A DNA stretch of 64,000 bases from Lytechinus pictus (GCF_037042905.1 NC_087245.1:9922001-9986000), one strand, 5' to 3'; positions 39,785 to 53,411 are shown, numbered from the stretch's first letter. Notes: a model not told the origin generated them from the sequence alone. Numbers and translations are program-made.

Positions 39785-40489
39785 TTGTTTCGGCCTCACC
39801 AATTGACCAATATAAGTAATGATACCGTATAAGGAAATAAAAATATATTGTATGGATAAGTTTACCTAGTTTTCTCTGCACTGCATTTTTTATTCAGCTG
39901 CTTCATTTGCATTTCCTGTTGATTAAAAATAAAAAAATAAAAGGTATACATACATGTTTGATTATTATCATTTTCTTCGACAATTCTCTTTATAAGAGAC
40001 TCAAAGCCTAAAATCAATAATTTTGTGATGCAATGAACATATTATATACATGATTTAATTGCTTGCTTCACCTTCTTTGCAAAGTTTTATAGTAATAATA
40101 ATAGAACAGTTCTTGTAAAAGCACATTATAATATCGCGTCTGTAAAGTTGTGTAATATCGCGTCTGTAACGTTGGCGAAGAACAATAAGAAACAATATGG
40201 CGGCGTAAACATCAAGCAAGTTTCCCCCGTCTTTTCATATTTTTCTCGTTTTTTTAATGAATTCTTGTTTAAAAATGAAATCAATATCGTAGAGATGTCA
40301 GAAATGAAGTTTTATCCCATTTACATGATTTAGGGCTAGATCTTTTAAGGAAAGTAGAAATCTCGGGAGGGGGGGTGGGGCAAAAGTTTCAGTTGTTATC
40401 GCGGTACATGCACATGAATGAGATGCAATCCCTGGCTCCGTGGAGAGTACCGGTAAGCCTACACTAGATTTTAATTCGTCATTAGGACG

Positions 40490-42131
40490 AATTAGGTGAT
40501 CTGTCTCTGATCTCATGATCACGAATACAATCACCATGTTTATTGAGATCAATATGATCATCACGATGAAAACTGAACTTTTCTTACGACAAAAGAAGAT
40601 GTCAAACTCTTGAAGAGGGAAATAAGAAGATTTGTGAAATAGGTGTAGGCGATACACATGGTACATGTTATATTTAAAGGGATTTTAATATCTGTTATTG
40701 CGCAATATTTCATTTTATATACCTTGTAATGGTCATAAAGGACCATTTGTGAAATGTTGAAAAGAAACAAAAAAGGAAAAAAAATGTCATGTTCACCCTT
40801 GGGCTCGAACCGTCTGATGCCTTACCAATTGAGCTACACTATTCCCCATAGAGATTACACGTAAGCAAATTTGAGAATTACAATTCCAATTTTGCAAGTG
40901 AAATACGGGCATGATCTGATCAAAAAATTGAGGGAACACTTCCGAAAGCTTAGAATCTCAGCTACGACATACTAAAAGCTCAGGGAAAACTGACAAGAAA
41001 AAATGGAGATATGGCTCACGAAATAGAGGAATGTCGAATCTAGTTTTGAGAAAAAGTCATGTCCCATAGAGATTACACGCAAAATGAGTAAAAATGACAT
41101 GCCTTTATTATTTGCATTTTTTCAGGATGATCTGTTTATTAAAATGAAAAATAAAGGCAATAACTCAGAAAGAGTAAGACCTAAGCTACATCATATCGAA
41201 AATTGGGCGAAAATTGACCAATATTCACGGAGTTAAATCCTAATTTGCATAATTATTATGACGTCATAACAAGGAAAATATATATTTTGACTTCCGACGC
41301 AATTTTGATGACGTTATGATATAATTGAGGGACAATGCTGACATGAAATCAAATCTACAACTCATATTCTATCGATATATAGGAAACAAAATTGGGGCTC
41401 AACGGACTATTTAAAGAGCTACAGTGAATTTTCAATAGGCATGTTTTTGCCCATATATGGCCTATAGTGAGAGCTCGCGCGCGCACGTGCTGCAAACTTT
41501 AACAGGTGTTAATTTCGTTGTTAATGATTGTAGAAGGTTGATCAAGGTATCAAATTGCTCAAAATTATATTATCAATGCAATGATATAAAGAAAACAGTG
41601 TTTCTGCGTTGCGTTGAAGGCGTTACGCGCACGCAAAGTTTTGAAATGCTTTAAATGACCTGAAACGTACCCCACTTTGGTCTAAAAGTGATTTTGAGCA
41701 TTTTAAAATTTTGACGCGCACGTACGCGCGCGTCTTGACCTTCAGGTGACCTTTGATGACATGACCTGATGACCCTTGACCTGAAGTTAATGTGATAAAA
41801 ATATTGTTAATTTTTTATAATTGATAATGGAGATATGATTGATAATGTGATTTTACAAAATGGCGTCTAGATGACGTCATCATGACCTGATGACCTTGAA
41901 AAGCTTATTTTGGCGTTTCCATGACAGATGCTATTGATGACATGAAATGCAATGAAATTGACATTGTCAAATTTGAGATATCTTGGCGACAAATATGTAG
42001 CCATTAAAAATAAAGAAAATTAAAGAAAAATTTTGACGAAATTAATAGGTGATCTGTCAAAGACAGACCACCTAAAAAGAAAATTCATACGAAATCAATA
42101 GTTGATCCGTCGATTGACAGATCACCTAATT
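40490..42131. mobile_element. Non-autonomous element with inverted ends and a subterminal hairpin (Helentron/HINE-like layout)
   Basis: aattaggtgatctgtc at left, gacagatcacctaatt at right, plus hairpin taggtgatctgtcaaagacagaccaccta near 42046-42074. Confidence 0.55.
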
Positions 42132-42894
42132 AGTAGAATGATTTTTACTCTCCAGGAGCCTCCTGGCTAGGCACTCTTATATTGCCCCCCCCCCACAAAA
42201 AAAAAAAAAAAAAAAAACAGTACACACTACACACAACATTAATTCACGAGAGCCATTTCTCAATTTTGGATAGCCATTTTTTAAGATACCATCTGGAGCC
42301 ATTTTCATAATTTACAAAATAGAAAATATCACCTATATCAGTTAGATATAAATCTGGCCATTTCTGAAAAGTTACTGGCCCGACAGCAATTTTTACTGGT
42401 CTGGGACCGTCGGACCAGTGCCAGTGTCGCGCGTAGACCAAAAGCTTCGGTCTCTGTTATGTTGGTTGTTCAGCTGAACTCCGTTGGCTTCACTCACCAA
42501 ATACAGAGACCGAAGTTCTAGCGCGATCTGTACAGGGGACTCAATGGCCATATGTTTATGTGTATTAAGTTCGGATAAAACAGGGCAGTGAAGTTGCGCG
42601 ACAGCCGAGGTAAGTCACTGTTTTTGTTCCTTTTTACTTGATTTTCCCCGTTTTTTGGCAATTAATGCCAAGAGGGAATATTAATTTGCATTTTGGTCGC
42701 ATTAATTTTCAAATGTTTGATTCATTAAAGACAAAAATTGAAGAGCCCAGACGGGGGGATTTTGCATTGCAAGTCCCCTAATGGTGGCTGCACGATAGCG
42801 AGCCGTCTGTGTATGAGGAGAAATTAAAAAAAAATTAAAATGTTAAAAAACTCCTCGAAACAGACGGCTGTCAGCTGGCTATGTCGCGCGCTGC

Positions 42895-43222
42895 CATTGA
42901 CCTATTGACCTTGAAATCAATAGGCTTCCTGTGATTCATGCTAGTATCATACACACCAAATTATATGAGCCTAGGTTAAGTTAAACTAAAGTTATTGTAT
43001 TTACAAGGACCACTAGGCCACTCACACGTATTGCGAGGTATTAAGATGAAAACATGTCAGTGTGACCAGTACTAACCTCGCATGTTGTGTGAGTGAGTGT
43101 GACCTTGACCTTTGAATCTCAAAATCGATAGGCTTCCTGGGATCCATGCTAGTATCATACACACCAAATTATATGAGCCTAGGTTAAGTTAAACTGTAGT
43201 TATCGTGTTTACAAGGACTACA
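42895..43222. repeat. Two about 190-bp tandem units of a pearl/HINE-type repeat core
   Basis: tgacctt...ataggcttcctg...catacacaccaaattatatgagcctaggttaagttaaact occurs twice. Confidence 0.7.
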
Positions 43223-43662
43223 GAAGGTATTGCGACCCCATATTCTACCCCATTTTGGAGAGTACCCTCTGCCTAGAGTCCTGGGCTCCGGCCCGCTTCG
43301 CGGGCCGGAGCTCGTTGGGTTAAGTGGAAGTGGAACACCCAAGTTTTTCAATCATGTATTTAGCCTACTTCTACTTTTTTTTATAGAGACAATTTTTACA
43401 GTAACAGAGAATTCAGATTAATTAATTGGTCTGTTGATAAACCAAAAAAAATAAATATTTCTGTATAAATTTTAATACCTACTTTATTTTGGCTTGACTT
43501 TGATTTTGCTGTTTGTCTTTGATCGCTTGAATTGGATTTGCCGGTAAATATTATTCTGTTAATGTTTATAGAGGGCGCAGTATAAATATGAAGACGTGAC
43601 GTGTGTATGATGAAGGAGGTGGAGGACTGGTGCCGTGGCCGAGTAGCTCGCCTGGCTATACG

Positions 43663-45972
43663 CATGGGCAGAAATCCCAGGGGGGACAGGGGTGACGTGT
43701 CCCCCCTACCATTTTGGAAAGGGGGGACATAATATCAAATGTCCCCCTTACTATTTGTGTCTTTTATTATGGAAAAAAAATACATTTTTCAAAATCGAAA
43801 TTATGCACACGTATCCTCGAATTTCGAAATATATATAAACAGATAGTTTTTGTTAAGAACTTGTATAGGAAAAGAAAAGGCATACCGGCCCGACTATTCT
43901 CGAAGTCGCATCTAGTCCTATATGCCAGACAAAGAGTGATGACATCGATGGCCATTGTCAATTTCATAACTAATAAAAATGACGAAAAAAGAAAATCGCC
44001 TCTGGATACTTATAAGCGCATAGATGGTAGACGTGAATGTCCCATACCCCGTAAAAACATTCCTTTGTTAAACCAATTCATTTCCCCTTTATTCCAAATT
44101 TACTTGGAATTTAAGAATATTTTCATTGTTCGCGTACTCAGTAAAAAGAATGGTTTTCATGAGTTATGATTAATCATTCGCAGTGAATTTTTAACTATGT
44201 TTAATCCCTCAAAATTTGTTTTTAAATACTCTATTAACGAGACTTGGGGACTTTTATATTCCATTTTTACACAAAATTCCTGCCGTGGGAGGGGTCATCA
44301 TAGGTAGGTCAAGGGGGCGAAGCGGCGGCCCACCCCCTATTGGAGGCGCAAAATAGGAAGGTGAGGAGAAAAATAAGAAGAAAGATAGGACGAGGAAGAA
44401 AATTAAATGATGGAAGGAGAGGGGAATAATTGGAAAAAAAGAAAACTTTCAGGTCATTGTATAAAAATTAAACAAAATCGATCGCACTTTGCATTAATAC
44501 ACAGCCATCTATTTATTTCAAAACGTGCTTAAAACCTTTTCACTTTTTAGATCGAAATATATAAAATCAAATCATTTATTTAGGAAGATATCCATCTTTT
44601 TCATGATATGTAGGTTTAAATCTAAATAAAATTTAATTCGCGCTTTGCGCTCGCATTGTTTGAGATAAAATGCTTGTTCTTTAATTCAAAAGTGCTTGAA
44701 AGATCCAGTTTTCAGATCTGAGCGCTTCGCGCTCGCATCAGCAATACGGTTGAGTCAGATACTATCCTCTTTATTGCTATAAAGTGAAAAGAAGATTACT
44801 TTTTTGGTCAGAAAAAAAATGAGGACACGCTTCGCGCTCACATTAATTAAAATTTAGTTAGATTGCTAACCTGTCCTTGATTTTAAAATATGCTAATAAT
44901 ACCAATTTTAAAATGACAATATCTTCAGCACACACTTCGCGCTCGAATCTAATATTGTTTAGTAAGATTCCTATCCTGTTCATGATTTGAAAAAATGTTA
45001 CGATCGATTGTCCAGTTTTTAGGTTGGAAAATACAAAATTTTCAGCTCGCGCTTCGCGCCCACATTAATTGTTTAGATTCCTATCCTGTTCATAATGTTT
45101 TTTTTAAGTACTAACAATGTCCAGTATTTAGGTTGTAAAATAAAAAAACTTTCACCTCTTGCTTCGCGCTCGCATTAATTGTTGAGATTCCTATTCTGTT
45201 CATAATTTTTATTAAAGTACTAAGAATGCCTATATAGTATTTAGGTTGGAAAATCAAAAACTTTCAGCTCGCGCTTCGCGCTCACATTAATTGATTAGAT
45301 TCCTATCCTGTTCATATTCTTTTTAAGGTGCTATGAATGTCCAGTTTTTAGGTTAGAAAATAAAAAAACTTTCAGCTCGCGCTCCGCGCTCGCATTTATT
45401 GTTTAGATTCCTATTCTGTTCATTATTAAGTGCTAAGAATGTCCGAATGTCCAGTCTTTAGGTTGGAAAATTAAAAAGTTTCAGCTCGCGCTTCACACTC
45501 GCATTAATTGTTTAGATTCCTATTCTGTTCATGATTTGAAATTTTTTTACGAATGTCTATTTTTTAGGTAATTCCTATCCTGTTCATGATTTGTAAAAGT
45601 GTTACGAATGTCTAGTTTTTAGGTTGGAAAATAAAAAACTTTCAGCTCGCGCTTCGCGCTGACATTAATGGTTTAGGTAGGTTCGAATCTAGTTCATGAT
45701 CACAAAAAAAATGTTCAGAATGTTCAATTTCCAGGTCACAATTTATGAAATATCAACATATTTGGGCTCGCGCTTCGCGCTGGCATTATTTATTGAGGCC
45801 TTTCATCTTTAGTTAGGAATACCTCCCCTCTTTGAAATATGTATATATATATATAATGTGTGTGTGAGGGTGTACGTGTGTGTGTTTGAGTTAGTAATTC
45901 TGTAGAACGTACCTAAAAACGGAAAACTCAATTATGTCCCCCCCTACCTTCAAGGAGAGATTTCCGCCCATG
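43663..45972. mobile_element. Non-autonomous hAT-like element inserted into a SINE
   Basis: TIRs catgggcagaaatc / gatttccgcccatg; exact TSD gctatacg at 43655-43662 and 45973-45980; same termini as 935-3330. Confidence 0.9.
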
Positions 45973-46674
45973 GCTATACGTACATGAAAAAGTCTGGGGT
46001 TCGATCCCCGGCCGCGGCAGCTATGCCCGTGAGCAAGGCATTTCATCTACAATGCTCTTTTATCCTGCTTTCAAATAAATTGAAATGCTATATGCATTAT
46101 TGGTAACTAGGTGTGAACTTGTTTTAATAAAATATGAAGACTCGTCTACCCAGGCCAGCACTGATGGGGGGGGGGGATAGAAAATCATCCACATTTTCCC
46201 CCTAAAAACTAAAAAACTATTCAAAAAAATATATATCTAAAAAAAAAATTTCCTTTAAGGGTAGTCCTAAGTACTGGGGTACAGATTTTAAAAAAATTGT
46301 CGACCACGAAAAAAAGAAAGAAATGGAAAGGAAACCGTGACGGTGTATTTTTCTAGATGTCGAAATCTATCCCAACTCCGAGCACGAAAAGCGCGAGCTG
46401 AATTTTCATACATATACTGACCAGACAGAGAAACTTTTCAAGCACATCATGCATCTATTCTACCTAAATAAATGCGAACGCGAAGTGTGACCCCATTATT
46501 TTCTTATAAAATAGTGTGACCTGGGGGGCGTTTCATCAATATTTTCGTCCGACAAGTTGTCAGATCTGACAACTTTCCTGGATTCTGATTGGTTGAGAAG
46601 CACTGTTACTATAGTAACTGTCGGATAAAACAGGACTTGGATAAAACGTCCGACACGTCCTTTCATGAAACACT

Positions 46675-48366
46675 CAGTGGCGTAACAGGCGGGGGGGGGG
46701 GGGCAGGGGGGGGCAAGCTGCCCCCCCTGGCGGATTTCACCGGGAAAATAAAAAAAAAACGGGAAAAAGAAAAAAAAGGGAGGGAGAAAGAAAGGGAAAG
46801 GGGGAGGAAAGGGGAAAAGGAAAGGAGGAAAGGGAAAGGGGAAAAGAAAACGAAGATTTTTTTTTTTAAATGGAAAAGGAAAAAAAGCGGGAAAATGTAC
46901 GAAAGAAGAACATTTGACAAAGAACAAATCATTCCGTAATAGGCTTATGTAATGCAGTAGCTTGATGGGAAATAAATTAAAATATAACAAAATGACAAAC
47001 AATAGCGGGAAACGAAGGAAGAATGGAATTAGTCAAAAGCTAAATTAGAAAACAAACAAAAGGGACAAGAAAAAAAAAATAATAACACGACCGGGCTGCC
47101 GAAGATTGAAAATAAAGAGCGGGAAGAAAGATGAACTGCACGCAACATTGTGCTATAAGCTTGCTAAATTTTATGCAAAGCAGTAGGGGCTCTTCATCTA
47201 TAACCATCAAATGGCTCTATAACGCCCCCGTTCAATCACGGGCGTACAGGCGCGGGGAGGGGGGGGGGTCTTGGTTCCACACCCAAGAGGAAATAGAATA
47301 AATTATACAGGAGACAACGTGTAATAAAATGAATGGAAACAATGAAATGTGTTATTTGCTGTCAGCATTGCTGAATATAATGGAAAAATCTATCACATAA
47401 TTAGAATTCAATTTCAATAGGCAATGTTCGAGCTCGCTTTGCACGCTGGCGACTTTTAACAAATTCAATTCAATTTACTCACATCCATTAAAAAGGTACA
47501 ATATACAATATTATATGAACAATAAAAAACAATACATAAAAAATCAATATAATGACAAATAGAAAGAGTAGAACCAACATGCAGTGGATGTAGGATGTAA
47601 ACTTTCCCACAATGCTATGTTTTACCACCTCAAATATTTGGTTCATTACGCAACTGGGTTGAATAAATGTGTTGTGTAAAAGCTATATTCTGTATATATT
47701 CGCGATTTGATTAAAATAGCGGCAATCTGCGAGGTTTGAGTGGCTTTGATATCAAAAAGTTCCGGGGGGCTCCGCCCCGGACCCCAACCGCACAGCACTG
47801 CCAGATATGAGTATGGAAGGGTTAAGCCATTGGCCCCTAAAAGTTCTACAAACAAGAACAAAAAAGAAGGAGGAAAGAAAAGCAAAGGAAAAGTGTAGGA
47901 TATCATTTTATTTACTGAATATAATTTCAAAAATATCTCAAAGGTAGATTCTCATGAAAAAGGTGATTTTTTCTCGCTCGCTTCGCTCGCTCGGGACTTA
48001 TATTAAGCAGCTTTTTAGCACATGTGTCATACTGCACCCCTCGTTTTTTTACTCTTCACGCTACTGCCGCAAAGAATCCTGTTCACAGTGGCGTTCAGAC
48101 CACAAAAAAAGGAATGGAAGAGAGAAGAGTGAAATATATTATTTTCTGGATATCGATCATTTCAAAATCTATCACAAAAATTGGATTTTTATGTATCAAA
48201 AAGGTAAAAAAATTTGCTCGCTCGCTCGCAACTTAAAAAAAAAAAATTCTGCCCTATACGCAATATCTGGCCCTCTCAAAATAGTCGCCTCATTACACCA
48301 TTACGCCTGTTCATACCATGATATGACCGGGACATTTTTGGCTCTTGCCCCCCTGTTACGCCGCTG
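46675..48366. mobile_element. Non-autonomous hAT-like element inserted in the right TIR of a CTG-flanked MITE (46521-48380)
   Basis: TIRs cagtggcgtaacagg / cctgttacgccgctg; TSD gaaacact vs gaaacgct (7/8). Confidence 0.82.
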
Positions 48367-48733
48367 GAAACGCTCCCCTGATCTCTCGCCTGAATCCTCA
48401 CACCACCCTAAATCAGGGGCCGCGGAAGTGGGGGGGGGGGCGGCCCCTGCTAATTTATCAAAATAGTGCAGGTGATTTTTTTTTTAATCTTCATTTTACT
48501 TCATTTTCTATGAATTTTCGTTAATTTCTCTTTTTTTCTCTTGCTCTAAAATGAAATACTTCACGAGAATAAGGAAGTGTTTTGGCCACTCGTTCCTTTC
48601 CTTTCTCATGTAAGTATTCTACCAAATAATATCATTTTTTTCCTTCAAATTAGACTAAATAAAGATACTGTTTTTCTACATAATAGACATATGAGAGAGT
48701 GTATGGCCAGCGCGTGCCGTATAAGAAGTTGTA

Positions 48734-51090
48734 TGATTGATTGATTGATTGATTGATTTTATTTGTCAGGTAACTATTAACAAGTACAAGAAAATATGAA
48801 CAGAAGTGTATACCTTGACATGATTGCCCATGAAAGCCGAGATGGCTTATTTCCAATGGGGTCCTTACATCTGTAATTGAAGACAATGTACATCTATGAA
48901 AAAAACACCTATAGAAATCTACAAACTACATCAATTAAGTCTAGACCACTAAATTAACACGATGAATTGTAAAACTTAATATATAAAAAGACAAAAACAA
49001 ATAAATTTGTCATGAAAAACATTTACGCAGTCAACAAAATATGATTAAAATAATTGTAAAACAGGTTGAGTTAACGATCATTATTTCTAAGTTACATATG
49101 AAAATTATACTACTAATCAGTTTTTAAGTAGCGCTAAATGCATCGTAACTAATACAAGATTCATGAATCGTAAAACCTAAGATATGAAAAGGTACGAATA
49201 AGTTAGACATCAAACTTTCACGCAAACAACAAAAGATGATAAACAATGTAAAACAAGTTGATTAAATAAATCATAACTAAATAGATTATATATAAGACTA
49301 CACGATACACATGAAATTAGAAAGAATATTTAACATTACAGAGTGGGGACATTTTTTAAGTGTTGTTTCAATACTCTTTTAAATTGTGTAAAAGTCTTGA
49401 CCGATTTAACATGATTAGGGAGGGAATTCCAAAAAGGTATACCTTTATAATAAAATGTGTTGCCAATTTAACCTTTTCTCATAGGTACCACAAAGTTAAA
49501 CAGGCTATTTCTTGTTTCGTGCCCGTGAATATTAGATGACCGTGTAAATTTTTTTGATATGTAATGATATTCGTTTGAATAGAAAATGTTATGAACATGG
49601 TGAAGTATAAGTTGTTGCGACCTCAAGTCTATGCGAAGAAGGCCAGCTTTTTCGATTTCATTCTTCCCAACATGTGTTCTTGGGTGTAAGCAAGTAATAA
49701 ATCTAACAATCTTATTTTGAATAATTATAAACTTTTTTTGATCAACCTTTCCAAGACTGCAGTACCATGCTGCATTAGCATAATCAAATAAACACTGTAT
49801 TAATGAAAAGCTTAAAATGCGTCTGGATTTCGTATTCATGCAATTTTGGTACCGGGCATTAGCTTTTTTGACAATAGAGTCAACCATAGATGTACATGAG
49901 AGATCACTATTTAATATCTGGCCTAAATACTTCACGGAATTCTGTCTCTTAATTAATTGATTGTTATAGTATATATTGAAATCATCTGTATGCTTATAGA
50001 CTTACCCCGCGAACAAAACAAAATACTTTCAGTCTTACCAACATGTAAGCTAAGCTTATTATCTGTCATCCATTTAACACAATTTGATAATTCTAAGCTA
50101 AGTTTTTCACCGATCAGCTTAGGACTTGTATCAGAATAGAGTAAAACGCTGTCGTCTGCATATAAAAGTAATTTACTTTCATTAACACAAATACACATAT
50201 CATTGATATATAGCACATAAAAAGAATGGGACCTAATATGCTCCCCTGTGGAACTCCACACTTTATAGGCATAGAATATGAAAGTACATTTTGCATGGAT
50301 ACCACTTGACGGCGATTGGTCAAGTAAGACCTAAACCAATTTAAGCATGCTGAATTCAAACCCATCACTTCTAATTTCTTTAAGAGTATTTCATTATTAA
50401 CCGTATCGAATGCTTTTCGTAAGTCAAGAAGAACCATCCCAACATAACGGCCTTCGGAAATTTCATTCCTAACAAAATCCAACAAGTGAATTAAACATGT
50501 TTCAGTAGAATAACCATTCCTAAAACCAGACTGAAATTCATAAATGATTTTGTATTCTTTAAAGTATTTCTCAATTTGAGAATACACGCATTTCTCCAAA
50601 ATTTTCGACACTATGGTTAACACACTAATAATATGTCTATAATTCCCAACATGGGTTTTGTCTTTCTTTTTGTGTAGTGGTGTGACTTTAGCGATTTTCA
50701 TTTCATCGGGGAAGGTACAAGTTGAAATAGATAGGTTATAGTTAAAGGCATAAAGACGTTTTTTGCACCATCCTTTAAAAATCTAGCAGGAACCAAGTCA
50801 AGTCCGGTACTTTTTGATATTTTCAACTTGGATAATTCATCAAATACAAACTTTTCTGTGACAGGAGAAAAATTAAAACAGCCTCTTTGTATACCTTTAT
50901 TGTCGTATAGTTTTTTTTAATTAGGACTGTCGGCCCCAAACTCACTTCTGTCCGTAATGGGGAGCTCACAAGCTAATTTATCGGCCACTGTTGTGAAATA
51001 ATTGTTAAATTCGTTGGCTATCTTCAGATTATCATAATTCCCCTTTAATATTAATAACACTTTTCTGAATATTTTTTTTTCTTTCTTTCT
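48734..51090 (-). mobile_element. 5'-truncated, frameshifted non-LTR retrotransposon (CR1/L2 group) ORF2 remnant
   Basis: RT motifs QSGFR, LDLRKAFDTV, GVPQGSILGP, LYADD and KYLG spread over three ORFs; about 700-bp 3' UTR ending aataaa-(atca)n. Confidence 0.92.
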
Positions 51091-51148
51091 AATCATGGTT
51101 ATTGTGTTAATACTTTGCAAGATCGTATTATTAGAAAGTCAAAAAGGG

Positions 51149-51187
51149 GCCTAAGCTTTCGATCCTAGCAGAATCTTTGTCGGAGGC
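51149..51187 (-). ncRNA. Degenerate minimal hammerhead-like motif in a probable Penelope-like fragment
   Basis: gcct-ccgacaa-a-gattct-gct-aggatc-gaaa-gctt-aggc; core differs from CUGANGA at two positions. Confidence 0.4.
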
Positions 51188-51519
51188 AAAATGACAAACA
51201 TATAAAGTGGAAAAACCATAATATAGACCACAAACAAGCTACAGCAACACTAGAAACAAGGAGACAAAAGGGGCATTAGTGAGTAGAGAAGACCAATCAG
51301 GTTAGTGAAGGGGATGAAAGATTGTATTATCTCACAAACGTTAATTCGAGATTTTCTTTTTAGACCATTTTAATGTATGAAGGCTATCGGCGTTTTAAAT
51401 TTAAATTTCACATATTTGTCAGTAAATGGAAGACCCCCAACCCCCTAAAAAACAGCGTGGATGAAGCTGTTATTTTGGTCCATTATTGTACTCATTTTTA
51501 TAGGCATCGTCTCCCCCAT

Positions 51520-51600
51520 CCCCCCCCCCCCTTCTCTTTCTCCCCCTCTCTCTCTCTCCCCCTCCCTCTCTCTCTCTCTCTCTCCCTCACTCTTTCATTA
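51520..51600. repeat. (CT)n / pyrimidine microsatellite
   Basis: Direct reading. Confidence 0.9.
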
Positions 51601-52438
51601 TCTGACAATACACTCTCTTTTCTATCCCCTTTTCCTTCCCCTAATGACTTTCTCTCTCCCTAGTATTTCCAATTCTCTCCAACTTCATCTCACCTAGCTC
51701 CCTGTTCCACCACATCCAGGTTAATCGTCTCGCCTAGCGTAATAACCAAGTAACCATTGTCTCTCGAGACGAAAATGATCATTAACCCAATTTCCATTTA
51801 CTTCTCATAAAACAGCTTAATTTCTTCATTTTCACGCACGTGATTGAAATAGGTTCAGACAGTGATATATGCAATAAAATCACTTTTGGTGTTATTGGCT
51901 CAGTTATTTCATTTTTGTACCCGTTCTCCTATCTTTGGAAAGCAAAATTAAAAAAGTTGAGTGATATCTATTTCATACACAACTGTCTGATTTTTTTTGG
52001 TCTTTTCAAATCTCGTATATAGATTTTTAAGGTGATTTTATTTTCGAGCACAATTCAATGTTTTACTGTTTAAATACATATTTCCGTACTATTGAATTCA
52101 CCTGACATGTATAAAATAATGTAGCTATTTGAGGTTTGTAGTTATTTTTGTGGTATTTACGACTTAGAGGTGATTCGGCACGGATGTTACAAAAAAAGTG
52201 TACTAATTTTCCAAACTGAATATTCCCTCTAATTATCGATTTGCATTATATTCTAGAAACGTACTTTATTTAAGTGAAAACATTGTTTGTAGGCCTACAT
52301 ACAACACACAATTTTACGTAAAATCTTGTTTAGTCATTTTTTTTTGTACAGATGTCAGGTTAACCAACTTCTTTTGGGGATATTATTTTCAAGTTTATCT
52401 TCAAATCTCCCTGTTTCGGATATTGCAGTTAATGTTTT

Positions 52439-52562
52439 TTTTTTCTAACAACGAAATTGTCTTTAAATCAAATTGTCTTTAAATCAAGTGGCGATATATA
52501 TTTTTTTCTAACAACGAAATTGTCTTTAAATCAAATTGTCTTTAAATCAAGTGGCGATATAT
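52439..52562. repeat. Near-perfect tandem duplication of about 63 bp
   Basis: ttttttctaacaacgaaattgtctttaaatcaaattgtctttaaatcaagtggcgatata occurs twice. Confidence 0.85.
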
Positions 52563-52734
52563 TTTCACGAGCGCGAGGAAGGGATTCTGTGTTCCACACC
52601 CCAAAGAAGATTCAATGAATATTCGATGCGAGGGCCTTACAGACGGCGTAAGCAGAAAAAATGAAATAAAACTACCGCAATCGCTTTGGACGATAAGGTA
52701 TAGTACACTCTCCGAGGTCGAACAAATTCTCTGA

Positions 52735-53411
52735 AATTACTTAAATTATTCATCATTCACGCATGAGTAAGCAAAAACAATTTGAAGAAAGGATACCAAA
52801 ACTCATTTGGCGGGGGGTATCCGAATTTCTAAAAGAAAATCACATGCCTAAAAAGTTCAATATCTGCTATTTCATTTGATACCTTAATCACAGAAAATGG
52901 TCAAGAAGTAAAAAAGTTCTGTTCCCTCGAAACAATGCTTGTATTTCCATAATTTCATTGAATAAAAGCGTTTTCATCGGTTTCCCACAGAAGCTACGGC
53001 TGATCGTCAACTATAAACGGAGTGTCGAGTGAGTTTGGACGCTAGCCTGTAAAACCTCTTCATTTTATGAAATTGTTGAAATTCAAGCCTTATTTCACAT
53101 AACCAGAACTTTGTTATATCTTGACCATTTTCTGTAATTGAGGTATCAAAATAAGGAGCAGATATTGAACATTTAAAAACTGTGGTTTTCTTTTTGAAAC
53201 CCAGATACAGCCCGCCAAGTGACTTTTCGGTATCCACTCTTAAAATTGTTTTTGCTCACTGATGCGTGAATGAGAAATAATCTAAGTAATTTAACATGAA
53301 AGAGGAGATTCTAAGCTATAAAATGCTAGGTCATTTGTCTATTGTATTTGTGATTAAGTTATGATAAATCATCGATAAATCTCGGTTTCGTTTTTTGTGG
53401 GACACACTGTA
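52735..53411. mobile_element. Left-truncated copy of the 23700-24518 MITE family
   Basis: Same arms; ends ggtttcgttttttgtgggacacactg-ta. Confidence 0.82.

Noticed and set aside
39780..39806. Minus-strand ttggtgaggccgaaacaatgtc resembling a hammerhead core
   Set aside because: The core deviates at conserved positions and no stem I can form.
39954..40007. 54-nt candidate upstream CCDC14 exon
   Set aside because: It has a stop in the phase needed to join 38837.
43714..44169. 151-aa ORF as a possible transposase
   Set aside because: No recognisable DDE, BED-finger or hAT dimerisation motifs; likely a chance ORF.
46496..47002. Lys/Glu/Arg-rich and Phe/Pro-rich ORFs (also 1007-1399, 3717-4004, 58748-59023)
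   Set aside because: They are translations of purine tracts and G-runs inside non-autonomous transposons.
49468..50701. RT ORFs as an active element or novel reverse-transcriptase system
   Set aside because: Several frameshifts, no endonuclease domain or ORF1, and a typical LINE tail indicate an ordinary dead copy.
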